Source: Macrostomum lignano (Eukaryota). From it: a stretch of 64,000 nucleotides of DNA. Position numbers and translations under genes: made by a program. Where the stretch lies: contig NIVC01001185.1 of NCBI GenBank assembly GCA_002269645.1, positions 248,001 through 312,000 on the forward strand, written 5' to 3'. The notes beneath the pieces were generated by a model, which had not been told where the DNA came from, searched no databases, and was given only the letters and a program-made list of their open reading frames with translations. How positions within the stretch are numbered: position 1 is the stretch's first letter; each line of letters starts with the position of its first letter. Of this stretch, positions 24,570-38,645 are shown in pieces.

Positions 24570-27500
24570 TCCACACCTTTCCGATCCCACACCCCTCTCA
24601 ATCCCGATACCACACTCCTCAATCCCGATCCCACACTCTCAATCCCGATCCCACACTCCTCAATCCCGATCCCACACTCCTCAATCCCGATCCCACACTC
24701 TCAATCCCGATCCCACACCCCTATATCCCGATCCCACACTCCTCAATCCCGATCCCACACTCCTCAATCCCGATCCCACACTCTCAATCCCGATCCCACA
24801 CTCCTCAATCCCGATCCCACACTCCTCAATCCTGATCCCACACTCCTCAATCCCGATCCCACACCCCTCAATCCCGATCCCACACCCCTCAATCCCGATC
24901 CCACACTCCTCAATCCCGATCCCACACCCCTATATCCCGATCCCACACTCCTCAATCCCGATCCCACACTCCTCAATCCCGATCCCACACCCCTCAATCC
25001 CGATCCCACACTCCTCAATCCCGATCCCACACACCTCAATCCCGATACCACACTCCTCAATCCCGATCCCACACTCCTCAATCCTGATCCCACACTCCTC
25101 AATCCCGATCCCACACCCCTCAATCCCGATCCCACACTCCTCAATCCCGATCCCACACCCCTATATCCCGATCCCACACTCCTCAATCCCGATCCCACAC
25201 TCCTCAATCCCGATCCCACACCCCTCAATCCCGATCCCACACTCCTCAATCCCGATCCCACACTCCTCAATCCCGATACCACACTCCTCAATCCCGATAC
25301 CACACTCCTCAATCCCGATACCACACTCCTCAATCCCGATCCCACACCCCTCAATCCCGATCCCTCACCCCTCAATCCCGATACCACACCCCTCAATCCC
25401 GATCCCACACCCCTCAATCCCGATCCCACACCCCTCAATCCCGATCCCACACCCCTCAATCCCGATCCCACACCCCTCTCAATCCCGATCCCACACCCCT
25501 CTCAATCCCGATCCCACACTCCTCAATCCCGATCCCACACTCCTCAATCCCGATCCCACACTCTCAATCCCGATCCCACACCCCTATATCCCGATCCCAC
25601 ACTCCTCAATCCCGATCCCACACTCCTCAATCCCGATCCCACACTCTCAATCCCGATCCCACACTCCTCAATCCCGATCCCACACTCCTCAATCCCGATC
25701 CCACACTCCTCAATCCCGATCCCACACTCCTCAATCCCGATCCCACACTCCTCAATCCCGATCCCACACTCCTCAATCCCGATCCCACACTCCTCAATCC
25801 CGATCCCACACTCCTCAATCCCGATCCCACACTCCTCAATCCCGATCCCACACCCCTCTCAATCCCGATCCCACACTCCTCAATCCCGATACCCCACCCT
25901 CAATCCCGATCCCACACTCCTCAATCCCGATCCCACACTCCTCAATCCCGATCCCACACCCCTCAATCCTAATCCCACACTCCTCAATCCCGATCCCACA
26001 CTCCTCAATCCCGATCCCACACCCCTCAATCCCAATCCCACACTCCTCAATCCCGATCCCACACTCCTCAATCCCGATCACACACTCCTCAATCCCAATC
26101 CCACACTCCTCAATCCCGATCCCACACTCCTCAATCCCGATCCCACACCCCTCAATCCCAATCCCACACTCCTCAATCCCGATCCCACACTCCTCAATCC
26201 CGATCCCACACTCCTCAATCCCGATCCCACACTCCTCAATCCCGATCCCACACTCCTCAATCCCGATCCTAAACCCTCATTCCCGATCCCACTCCTCAAT
26301 CCCGATACCACACCCTCAATCCCGATCCCACACTCCTCAATCCCAATCCCACACCCTCGATCAATCCTGATCCCACACCCCTCATTCCCGATCCCACTCC
26401 TCAATCCCGATACCACACCCCTCAATCCCGATACCACACCCCTCAATCCCGATCCCACACCCCTCGATCAATCCTGATCCCACATATCACTCAATCCCGA
26501 TCCCACACCTCTCAATCCCGATCCCACACCTCTCAATCCCGATCCCACACCCCTCAATCCCGATCCCACACCCCTCAATCCCGATCCCACACCCCTCAAT
26601 CCCGATCCCACACCCCTCTCAATCCCGATCCCACACCCCTCTCAATCCCGATCCCACACTCCTCAATCCCGATCCCACACTCCTCAATCCCGATCCCACA
26701 CTCTCAATCCCGATCCCACACCCCTATATCCCGATCCCACACTCCTCAATCCCGATCCCACACTCCTCAATCCCGATCCCACACTCCTCAATCCCGATCC
26801 CACACTCCTCAATCCCGATCCCACACTCCTCAATCCCGATCCCACACCCCTCTCAATCCCGATCCCACACTCCTCAATCCCGATCCCACACTCCTCAATC
26901 CCGATACCCCACCCTCAATCCCGATCCCACACTCCTCAATCCCGATCCCACACTCCTCAATCCCGATCCCACACTCCTCAATCCCGATCCCACACTCCTC
27001 AATCCCGATCCCACACTCCTCAATCCCGATCCCACACTCCTCAATCCCGATCCCACACTCCTCAATCCCGATCCCACACTCCTCAATCCCGATCCCACAC
27101 TCCTCAATCCCGATCCCACACTCCTCAATCCCGATCCCACACCCCTCTCAATCCCGATCCCACACTCCTCAATCCCGATACCCCACCCTCAATCCCGATC
27201 CCACACTCCTCAATCCCGATCCCACACTCCTCAATCCCGATCCCACACCCCTCAATCCTAATCCCACACTCCTCAATCCCGATCCCACACTCCTCAATCC
27301 CGATCCCACACCCCTCAATCCCAATCCCACACTCCTCAATCCCGATCCCACACTCCTCAATCCCGATCCCACACTCCTCAATCCCAATCCCACACTCCTC
27401 AATCCCGATCCCACACTCCTCAATCCCGATCCCACACCCCTCAATCCCAATCCCACACTCCTCAATCCCGATCCCACACTCCTCAATCCCGATCCCACAC

Positions 27501-30500
27501 TCCTCAATCCCGATCCCACACTCCTCAATCCCGATCCCACACTCCTCAATCCCGATCCTAAACCCTCATTCCCGATCCCACTCCTCAATCCCGATACCAC
27601 ACCCTCAATCCCGATCCCACACTCCTCAATCCCAATCCCACACCCTCGATCAATCCTGATCCCACACCCCTCATTCCCGATCCCACTCCTCAATCCCGAT
27701 ACCAAACCCCTCAATCCCGATCCCACACTCCTCAATCCCAATCCCACACCCTCGATCAATCCTGATCCCACATATCACTCAATCCCGATCCCACACCTCT
27801 CAATCCCGATCCCACACCTCTCAATCCCGATCCCACACCTCTCAATCCCGATCCCACACCCCTCTCAATCCCGATCCCACACTCCTCAATCCCGATACCC
27901 CACCCTCAATCCCGATCCCACACTCCTCAATCCCGATCCCACACTCCTCAATCCCGATCCCACACCCCTCAATCCCGATCCCACACTCCTCAATCCCGAT
28001 CCCACACTCCTCAATCCCGATCCCACACTCCTCAATCCCGATCCCACACCCCTCAATCCCGATCCCACACTCCTCAATCCCGATCCCACACTCCTCAATC
28101 CCGATCCCACACCCCTCAATCCCAATCCCACACTCCTCAATCCCGATCCCACACTCCTCAATCCCGATCCCACACTCCTCAATCCCAATCCCACACTCCT
28201 CAATCCCGATCCCACACTCCTCAATCCCGATCCCACACCCCTCAATCCCAATCCCACACTCCTCAATCCCGATCCCACACTCCTCAATCCCGATACCACA
28301 CTCCTCAATCCCGATACCACACTCCTCAATCCCGATACCACACTCCTCAATCCCGATCCCACACCCCTCAATCCCGATCCCTCACCCCTCAATCCCGATA
28401 CCACACCCCTCAATCCCGATCCCACACCCCTCAATCCTGATCCCACACCCCTCAATCCCGATCCCACACCCCTCAATCCCGATACCACACCCCTCAATCC
28501 CGATCCCACACCCCTCAATCCCGATACCACACCCCTCAATCCCGATACCACACCCCTCAATCCCGATCCCACACCCCTCAATCCCGATCCCACACCCCTC
28601 TCAATCCCGATCCCACACCCCTCTCAATCCCGATCCCACACTCCTCAATCCCGATCCCACACTCCTCAATCCCGATCCCACACTCTCAATCCCGATCCCA
28701 CACCCCTATATCCCGATCCCACACTCCTCAATCCCGATCCCACACTCCTCAATCCCGATCCCACTATCTCAATCCCGATCCCACACTCCTCAATCCCGAT
28801 CCCACACTCCTCAATCCCGATCCCACACTCCTCAATCCCGATCCCACACTCCTCAATCCCGATCCCACACTCCTCAATCTCGATCCTAAACCCTCATTCC
28901 CGATCCCACTCCTCAATCCCGATACCACACCCTCAATCCCGATCCCACACTCCTCAATCCCAATCCCACACCCTCGATCAATCCTGATCCCACACCCCTC
29001 ATTCCCGATCCCACTCCTCAATCCCGATACCACACCCCTCAATCCCGATCCCACACTCCTCAATCCCGATCCCACACCCCTCAATCCCAATCCCACACTC
29101 CTCAATCCCGATCCCACACTCCTCAATCCCGATCCCACACTCCTCAATCCCAATCCCACACTCCTCAATCCCGATCCCACACTCCTCAATCCCGATCCCA
29201 CACCCTCAATCCCAATCCCACACTCCTCAATCCCGATCCCACACTCCTCAATCCCGATCCCACACTCCTCAATCCCGATCCCACACTCCTCAATCCCGAT
29301 CCCACACTCCTCAATCCCGATCCTAAACCCTCATTCCCGATCCCACTCCTCAATCCGATACCACACCCTCAATCCCGATCCCACACTCCTCAATCCCAAT
29401 CCCACACCCTCGATCAATCCTGATCCCACACCCCTCATTCCCGATCCCACTCCTCAATCCCGATACCACACCCCTCAATCCCGATCCCACACTCCTCAAT
29501 CCCAATCCCACACCCTCGATCAATCCTGATCCCACATATCACTCAATCCCGATCCCACACCTCTCAATCCCGATCCCACACCTCTCAATCCCGATCCCAC
29601 ACCCCTCTCAATCCCGATCCCACACTCCTCAATCCCGATACCCCACCCTCAATCCCGATCCCACACTCCTCAATCCCGATCCCACACTCCTCAATCCCGA
29701 TCCCACACCCCTCAATCCCGATCCCACACTCCTCAATCCCGATCCCACACTCCTCAATCCCGATCCCACACTCCTCAATCCCGATCCCACACTCCTCAAT
29801 CCGATCCCACACCCCTCAATCCCAATCCCACACTCCTCAATCCCGATCCCACACTCCTCAATCCCGATCCCACACCCCTCAATCCCAATCCCACACTCCT
29901 CAATCCCGATCCCACACTCCTCAATCCCGATCCCACACTCCTCAATCCCAATCCCACACTCCTCAATCCTGATCCCACACTCCTCAATCCCGATCCCACA
30001 CCCCTCAATCCCAATCCCACACTCCTCAATCCCGATCCCACACTCCTCAATCCCGATCCCACACTCCTCAATCCCGATCCCACACTCCTCAATCCCGATC
30101 CCACACTCCTCAATCCCGATCCTAAACCCTCATTCCCGATCCCACTCCTCAATCCCGATACCACACCCTCAATCCCGATCCCACACTCCTCAATCCCAAT
30201 CCCACACCCTCGATCAATCCTGATCCCACACCCCTCATTCCCGATCCCACTCCTCAATCCCGATACCACTACCCTCAATCCCGATCCCACACTCCTCAAT
30301 CCCAATCCCACACCCTCGATCAATCCTGATCCCACATATCACTCAATCCCGATCCCACACCTCTCAATCCCGATTCCACACCTCTCAATCCCGATCCCAC
30401 ACCTCTCAATCCCGATCCCACACCCCTCTCAATCCCGATCCCACACTCCTCAATCCCGATACCCCACCCTCAATCCCGATCCCACACTCCTCAATCCCGA

Positions 30501-31200
30501 TCCCACACTCCTCAATCCCGATCCCACACCCCTCAATCCCGATCCCACACTCCTCAATCCCGATCCCACACTCATCAATCCCGATCCCACACTCATCAAT
30601 CCCGATCCCACACTCCTCAATCCCGATCCCACACTCCTCAATCCCGATCCCACACTCCTCAATCCCGATCCCACACTCCTCAATCCCGATCCCACACTCC
30701 TCAATCCCAATCCCACACTCCTCAATCCCGATCCCACACTCCTCAATCCCGATCCCACACCCCTCAATCCCAATCCCACACTCCTCAATCCCGATCCCAC
30801 ACTCCTCAATCCCGATCCCACACTCCTCAATCCCGATCCCACACTCCTCAATCCCGATCCTAAACCCTCATTCCCGATCCCACTCCTCAATCCCGATACC
30901 ACACCCTCAATCCCGATCCCACACTCCTCAATCCCAATCCCACACCCTCGATCAATCCTGATCCCACACCCCTCATTCCCGATCCCACTCCTCAATCCCG
31001 ATACCACACCCCTCAATCCCGATCCCACACTCCTCAATCCCAATCCCACACCCTCGATCAATCCTGATCCCACATATCACTCAATCCCGATCCCACACCT
31101 CTCAATCCCGATCCCACACTCCTCAATCCCAATCCCACACCCTCGATCAATCCTGATCCCACATATCACTCAATCCCGATCCCACACCTCTCAATCCCGA
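24570..31200. repeat. ~6.6 kb satellite of a 21-bp unit (CCTCAATCCCGATCCCACACT) with higher-order variant blocks
   Basis: About 300 tandem units; recurrent variant units AAACCCTCATTCCCGAT and CCTCGATCAATCCTGATCCCACATATCACT. Confidence 0.97.
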
Positions 31201-31599
31201 TCTCAAATTTTAGTGAATTTTAAACATTGAAAACTCGTAAAAATAGCTATTCTTTAATAGTCTGAGTACTCGAGTAGCCATGGCAACAATCAGTTTTAAA
31301 TGACGCGATTCGTCACTTGCTGGTCAGTGGAAACTACAGTCTCATCAGTGATCACGATGTGGTCGCTGAGTATGAAGAATTCGTTTCCTTTGCTTCCACC
31401 GCCGCTGCCGCCTGCGCTGTTGTCGGCGTAGATTTCGTCGTTTTCAATGCCAGCAAGCCCGCTAAGGACTCGACCTCGGCCTGGTGATGACATGGTTTAG
31501 AGAGTTTTCCGGGTATAAATTATCGCCTACTGAAAGTAGTTAAAAAAAAGCGATTGTATTAGTGTTGCTGCGCCCTTAGTTAAAAAATGTGGTGTGTGT

Positions 31600-32030
31600 C
31601 GTGTCCGGCGCCCCGTGTCTAATATGTCTGGCGCCCTGTGTCTAATATGTCTAGCGCCGTGTCTAACATGTCTGGCGCCCCGTGTCTAATATGTCTAGCA
31701 CCGTGTCTAACATGTCTGGCGCCCCGTGTCTAATATGTCTAGCGGCGTGTCCAACATGCCTGGCGTGTCTAATATGTCTGGCGCCCCGTGTCTCACATGT
31801 CTGGCGCCCCTTGTCTAATATGTCTGGCGCCCCATGTCTAATATGTCTGGCACCCCATGTTTAAAATGTCTGGCGCCCCGTGTCTAATATGTCTGGCACC
31901 CAATGTTTAATATGTCTGACGCCCCGTGTCTAATATGTCTGGCGCCCGCGTCTAATCTGTCTAGCGCCGTGTCTAATATGTCTGGCGCCCCTTGTCTAGA
32001 CGTTTGCCACCCCGTGTCTAGACGTCTAGC
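31600..32030. repeat. ~23-bp minisatellite (TGTCTAATATGTCTGGCGCCCCG)
   Basis: Tandem degenerate copies. Confidence 0.92.
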
Positions 32031-32082
32031 GTATTTATCCCCCGTGTATTATACGTGCAACGTCTAGACTGTACTTTCTTTT

Positions 32083-32560
32083 TCAGTCTAGGCGCGACCT
32101 GCATTCGTTGATGTCTGGTGACCCAAGGCTGAACAGATTCAAACACATACCGCCGATTCCACTGCCGCTGCTGGCGTATGGAAACACCTCGGCCGACTTT
32201 CTTAGAAACAGCCTAGGCAACAGGTCCAAGTCCGGATCCGTAACCAGCGCCCCCAGCCAATCAACGAAGGCGTCCTGTACCGGGCAGCGGCCGGAGGACT
32301 CGCCCTCAAGCCAGGCTGAGTAGCGGGCCAGCGACTGCGGCAGGGCGAGGCGCACGTAGCCCACCAAGCGCAGGTCCCGTGCCTTGTCTCGAATCTTGGC
32401 TGCCAGTGGCCGGCAAACCGTGACGATGTCGCGCAGCGTAAAAGCGCCGGATTGGCTGCCGCTGCTGAATTTTGGCACCAATTTGAAATGGAGATAGTAG
32501 CCGGATACACGGCGTTTGAGTTTTGAGAAACAGTTCTTCGATTGTAGAGACATTTCTGGT
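32083..32560 (-). CDS. Unassigned GC-rich coding exon, possibly a divergent PX-like domain
   Basis: Stop-free GC-rich frame after acceptor TTTCTCAG (ATG at 32553). The pattern YYLHFKL...FTLRD...LAAKIR...LPQ...FVDWLGALVTDPDL..LPRLFL loosely recalls the PX-domain layout. Identity not established. Confidence 0.45.
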
Positions 32561-32759
32561 CTGAGAAATGACCCGAGTTCCTTGTTAAGTAGCCTACAAA
32601 CCGATAATTTGAAACTTTGAAAATCAAATCGATTCCAGTAGAGGCATAAAGTGATTTTAAGCTTGTTAGTCGGTGACAAAAAAAAACTTTAGTTTATGGT
32701 ATAAACCCATGCCAGGAATAAGCCAAGAATTTAGGAGGACGAGAATTTGAGGGTATGGA

Positions 32760-33270
32760 CTGGAGACTATAGATTGGAGAGTGCAGATTGGAGGGTGTAG
32801 ATTGGAGGGTGTAGATTGGAGGGTGTAGACTGGAGGGTGTAGATTGGACGGTGTAGATTGGAGAGTGAAGACTAGAGTTTAGATTGGAGGGTATACATTA
32901 GGGGGTGTAGATTGGAGGGTGTAGATTTGAAGGTGTAGATTTGAGGGTGTAGATTGGAGGGTGCAGATTGGAGGGTGCAGATTTGAGGGTGTAGATTGGA
33001 GGGTGCAGATTGGAGGGTGCAGATTGGAGGGTGTAGATTGGAGGGTGTAGATTGGACGGTGTAGATTGTAGGGTATAGGTTGGAGAGTGTAGATTAGAGG
33101 GTGTAGATTGGAGGGTGCAGATTGGAGGGTGTAGATTGGAGGGTGTAGATTGGACGGTGTAGATTGTAGGGTATAGGTTGGAGAGTGTAGATTAGAGGGT
33201 GTAGACTAGAGGGTGTAGATTGGAGGGTGTAGTCTAGAGGGTATAGACAGTAGGGGGTGGACTGGAGGGA
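32760..33270. repeat. 14-bp minisatellite (GAGGGTGTAGATTG)
   Basis: Over 30 tandem copies. Confidence 0.95.
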
Positions 33271-33588
33271 TAGCCACAGAATTAGTATATGCCCCACTGC
33301 GTGCGTGACAGAACTCTGCGTTCAGCCCATTCCAGCAACCATTGCTTGACACCCGAGCTCTGGGTGTGGCTCTCGAATTTCAGGATGTAAAAAGACAATT
33401 TCCTCATCATCCCTGCTGGCCTTTTCTGCCTCCTCTCACACACTGATTAGGATGAATCACTGAAAAGGGGTGTGGCCCGCGACCTCATAAAACCCCACAA
33501 CAGGGGTAATATAAGGGCAGGGAAAAGGTAGAAAAAGGTGCTTCAGTGAGTGCCTCTTTTTCCAACAAAACAGTCGGAATCGGAAGGT

Positions 33589-36500
33589 ATGACGTCACTG
33601 CCATTGTCTATCAGCGTCTTCTGTCTCCTAGAAGCAGCAGCTCTTTGCTGTGCCACCAGTTCAGAGCAGTTCATCAACTTTCAGCTGCTTTACAAGTCCG
33701 ATTGGAGCAGCCACACTAACAGGAAACTCGTCTTCCGGCCGGCGCTTCCGGTCGACTTTCCGTCCGTGTCGGTGAGTCTGCATCTCATGATGCTCATTGA
33801 GTCTGTATCTCATGATGCTCATTGAGTCTGTATCTCATGACGCTCATTGAGTCTGCATTTCATGACGCTCATTGAGTCTGCATCTCATGATGCTCATTGA
33901 GTCTGCATCTCATGATGCTCATTGAGTCTGCATTTCATGACGCTCATTGAGTCTGTATCTCATGATGCTCATTGAGTCTGCATCTCATGATGCTCATTGA
34001 GTATGTATCTCATGACGCTCATTGAGTCTGTATCTGATGACGCTCATTGAGTCTGTATCTGATGACGCTCATTGAGTCTGCATCTCATGACGCTCATTGA
34101 GTCTGTATCTGATGATGCTCATTGAGTCTGTATCTCATGATGCTCATTGAGTCTGCATCTCATGATGCTCATTGAGTCTGTATCTCATGACGCTCATTGA
34201 GTCTGTATCTGATGATGCTCATTGAGTCTGTATCTGATGATGCTCATTGAGTCTGTATCTCATGATGCTCATTGAGTCTGTATCTGATGATGCTCATTGA
34301 GTCTGTATCTCATGATGCTCATTGAGTCTGTATCTCATGATGCTCATTGAGTCTGCATCTCATGATGCTCATTGAGTCTGTATCTCATGATGCTCATTGA
34401 GTCTGCATCTCATGATGCTCATTGAGTCTGTATCTGATGATGCTCATTGAGTCTGTATCTCATGATGCTCATTGAGTCTGTATCTCATGATGCTCATTGA
34501 GTCTGCATCTCATGATGCTCATTGAGTCTGTATCTCATGATGCTCATTGAGTCTGCATCTCATGATGCTCATTGAGTCTGCATCTCATGACGCTCATTGA
34601 GTCTGTATCTCATGATGCTCATTGAGTCTGTATCTCATGACGCTCATTGAGTCTGTATCTCATGATGCTCATTGAGTCTGTATCTCATGATTCCCATTCC
34701 CACATTAAGATTTTCTTATGAATCTCATGAATCTCACAAATATACAATATCAAAAGTCAGTCTGACTTTTCTTCTCCACCGCCAGATCGTCTGGAACGGC
34801 CTTGGCGTCTTCTCTGTGGGAAATCGCAGTGTTCAGCACGCCTTTGACGGCCTCGCTAAGCTGGTGAAGCTGGACTTCAAGGCGACATCATCGTCTGGAA
34901 AATCCCGTCACCAGGTTCGTTTCACCTCCCAGTTGCTGCGCAGCCGTCAATTGAACGAGTCCGTGTCCTCTAATGACATCGCGCCCTACCTGATGTTCGA
35001 GTCCGTGCAGCCGCAGTTCACTCGGCAGCAAAAGTACAAAGCATTAGTGAACGGTCTGGACAATATGAATGTCAACGTGGCCAGGGTTGGTCACGAGTTT
35101 GTTGCGACGAATGACTACGCAAAGAGCTACACGTTTGATTTGAACGGCTTGGTGACCAGTGAGTCTGGCTTGTGTGACCTTTGGGTAAGGAAGGTGGGGC
35201 TTCCTAATGTTCGGGTTCTAAGTGAGTAAGGAAGCTGGTGCTGGCGCCCATGTTGCTGGCGCCCATGTTGCTGGCGCCCCTGGTGCTAAAGCCCCTGGTG
35301 CTAAAGCCCCTGGTGCTAAAGCCCCTGGTGCTAAAGCCCCTGGTGCTAAAGCCCCTGGTGCTAAAGCCCCTGGTGCTAAAGCCCCTGGTGCTAAAGCCCC
35401 TGGTGCTAAAGCCCCTGGTGCTAAAGCCCCTGGTGCTAAAGCCACTGGTGCTAAAGCCCCTGGTGCTAAAGCCCCTGGTGCTAAAGCCCCTGGTACAAAA
35501 GCCCCTGGTGCTAAAGCCCCTGGTGCTAAAGCCCCTGGTGCTAAAAGCCCTGAAATAAATTGCCCCTACCTACATGTACCTCCTGGATTCAAAGACACCT
35601 AAATGAGATACAAAAATTATTTTCCAGTGAATCCGACAGTTGAAACCGCACATCCTCCATCGTAGAGGATTTTATTGAGCCTCGAGTCAACGGCCGTCGC
35701 CTCAGCCTGCTCTCCCAGATCTCCAGCGCCCACCCGCTGCCAGAAGCTGGAACTTCCGGCTGCCTCATCAACTTTGTCACCACAGTCTCTTTGTTGCCAT
35801 TCCTCAATGGCCAGCTGAGATTGCTGAGATTTAAAACGGCCGAAGCCGCTGAGGTCATCGCGACATGGCCGGTGCCCGGCAACCGGCTGCCCTACATGCA
35901 CAGCTTCAGCCTCACGCAGCGCTACGCTGTGATATTTGCCGGTCCGCTCTACATCGACACTCAGCGAATGCTGAAGACTGCTCAACCGTTTAAGTCGCTG
36001 CGCTGGCTACCGGAATTAGCGGCAACAATTTACCTGGTCGAGCTGCGAACCGGCCTCGTGAAGTCCTTGTCAGTTCACGACGGTCGCTACCTGATGCACC
36101 ACGTCAACGCTTACGAAAATGACGACAAGATCGTGTTCTATGCGACCGCCTATTCCGACACCAAATTCTTTGCCGGTCTCGAGCTCAGCGTGCTCAATAA
36201 TGATCGGCTAAGGTGCGTTCTTTTGGCTGGTTTTTGCACTCGAGTATGGATATCTTAATTCACCTTAGACTAATGCACCATGTATCCACCCCATTCTGAT
36301 GATCCCATCTTATCCCGATGCTCCCATCCCATCCCGATGATCACATTCCATTCTGATGATCCCATCATGTCCAGATGATCCCATCCCATCTCGATGATCC
36401 CATCCCATCCCGATGATCCTATCCCATCCCGATGATCCCATCCCATCCTGATGATCCCATCTCATCCCAATGATCACATTCCATTCTGATGATCCCATCA

Positions 36501-38050
36501 TGTCCCGATGATCCCACCCCATTACGATGATCCCACCCTGTCCCGATGATCCGATCCCATCCCGATGATCCCACCCCATTCCGATGATCCCATCCCATCC
36601 CGATGATCCCATCCCATCCCGATGATCCCATCATGTCCCGATGATCCCATCCCATCTCGATGATCCCATCCCATCTCGATGATCCTATCCCATCCCGATG
36701 ATCCCATCCCATCCCGATGATCCCATCTCATCCCGATGATCACATTCCATTCTGATGATCCCATCATGTCCCGATGATCCCACCCCATTACGATAATCCC
36801 ACCCTATCTTGATGATCCCTGGCCATTACGATGATCCCACCCTGTCCCGATGATCCAATCCCATCCCGATAATCCCATCCCATCCCGATGATCCCATCCC
36901 ATCCCGATGATCCCATCCCATCCCGATGATCCCATCCCATCTCGATGATCCCATCCCATCCCGATGATCCCTGCCCATTACGATGATCCCACCCCATTCT
37001 GATGATTCCAGCTCATTCCGATGATCCCATCCCGTCCCTATGATCCCACCCCAATCCCGATAATCCCACCCCATTCCGATGATCCCATCCTATCCCGATT
37101 ATCACATTCCATTCTGATGATCCCATCATGTCCCGATTATCACATCATGTCTCGATGATCCCATCCCATTTCGATGATCCCATCCCTGATCATCCCTCAT
37201 CCCAATGATCCCAGCCCAAACTCTCAATGCTCCCACCTGCAGGGACCAGGTGCCAATCAACAGTGAGTTGCGCCGTTACACCATCGACCTTGCCACCGGC
37301 TTGGTGACCTCCGAGGTGGTGCCTGCACCTGAGTCCCTGTCTCACCTGGTTCACCTAGAGATGCCGGTTATCAACGAGGCTCGACGATTTAAGGTGAGGC
37401 TTTAAAATTTTGATGAAGAGTAAGGTTTAAAAGAATCAAACTGCCCTACTGGCACTGTTTCTCAACCTCGCGCCATTGGTTCATCTAGATCACCAGTCTG
37501 TAGAAAGTGCATACTAGCGAACCATTGTTCTCGGCTTAAGCCCCGAATGCACAGTCAAGTGAACTGAAGCACCTGAACCTGACTGTCTATTCATCATGCT
37601 TATCCGTAATATAATTAGCTTACCTGCCATTGTGTTAAGCCCTATGCCTTCCCGTAGAGTGTGTCCCGGCTTTGACAGCTCTGCAGGCAGTTTGCTTGGA
37701 CTATTACAACAAAGCAGAGCTTCCTGACGTCAAGGAGGGAGGTGACTGAGCGTGAAAACCAATCTACCAATTTAGGCAGTAAACTTTTTTGGGGTCTCGT
37801 CATAGCCAAAGCTCTTGAGCCTACTTGCGTTACGCACGGAAGAGTGCGCCGTCAAACCAAAGTACCAATACAGCATGATTAAACAGTTCTAGCCAATGTT
37901 TACATTCAGCTTCCGGATATAATTTAATTCAGACTCTAAATTCATCCATTCAGTTTATCGCATCACTCTATCATGATTGGAAAACTAAAGTCAGTCAGTC
38001 AGTCAGTCAGTCAGTTAGTTAGTTAGTTAATAGTTAGTTAGTTAGTCAGC

Positions 38051-38106
<56 letters not shown>

Positions 38107-38154
38107 CAGTCAGTCAGTCAGTCAGTTAGCTAGTCAGCTAGTTAATTAGTTAGC

Positions 38155-38249
<95 letters not shown>

Positions 38250-38645
38250 CCAGTTTTTCACCAACAGCAGCTGGCATTGCAGAGGGCCTGTCTAGCCTAC
38301 GGAATCGTGATGAAAAGCGACAACGTCAACTTGGCCAACATCAGTCTGGCGCGACGCAACCTCTGCAGAGACGCGGCAGCGGACGGGAGGCCTGGCTCAG
38401 ACGCTGTCTGGTACCGCCAGCACCACTACCCGTGCGAGCCGCAGTTCGTTGCCGCCAGACGGGGTGACGATGACAAAATCAAAGAAGAAGAGGACGGCTA
38501 CCTGGTGACGCTGATTTTAGACGGACTGCGCGTGCGCACCTACGCGGCTGTTTTCGACGCGAGGAGCCTCCGGCTGCTGAGCAGAGCCTGGCTGCCCGGG
38601 CCTCTGCCCTACAGACTGCACGGCAAAGCTTTTACATGGAACTAG
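33589..38645 (+). CDS. Carotenoid cleavage oxygenase family protein (BCO/RPE65/NinaB superfamily, BCO-like), 5 exons, ~538 aa
   Basis: Exons 33589-33771, 34786-35158, 35666-36212, 37243-37393, 38283-38645; phases 0/1/2/0 agree, 1617 nt. WNGLG...QHAFDG, DNMNVNV, and four Fe-binding His: SSAHP, YMHSF, MHHVNAYE, YRLHG; also EMPVIN and PCEPQFV...EEDG. Confidence 0.92.
33776..34690. repeat. 25-bp minisatellite (GCTCATTGAGTCTGTATCTCATGAT) filling oxygenase intron 1
   Basis: About 36 copies starting at the splice donor. Confidence 0.97.
35240..35550. repeat. 15-bp minisatellite (GCCCCTGGTGCTAAA) in oxygenase intron 2
   Basis: About 20 copies. Confidence 0.97.
36285..37205. repeat. ~19-bp minisatellite (CCCGATGATCCCATCCCAT) in oxygenase intron 3
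   Basis: Degenerate tandem copies with longer-period variants. Confidence 0.95.
37988..38250. repeat. (GTTA)n/(GTCA)n compound microsatellite in oxygenase intron 4
   Basis: Tetranucleotide runs just upstream of the acceptor. Confidence 0.97.

Noticed and set aside
24520-31073. Long ORFs (up to 648 aa) of LNPDPTL / SIPIPHS / GSGLRSV repeats
   Set aside because: They are translations of the stop-free 21-bp satellite in several frames on both strands, with no unique domain.
33776-34690. CRISPR-like or hammerhead-like look of the 25-bp palindromic array (some units contain CTGATGA)
   Set aside because: No unique spacers, no cas genes, eukaryotic intron; no GAAA core or stem III follows CTGATGA.
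35218-35602. Collagen-like or PGAKA repeat protein
   Set aside because: 15-bp minisatellite lying between a strong donor (35159) and acceptor (35665) of the oxygenase gene.
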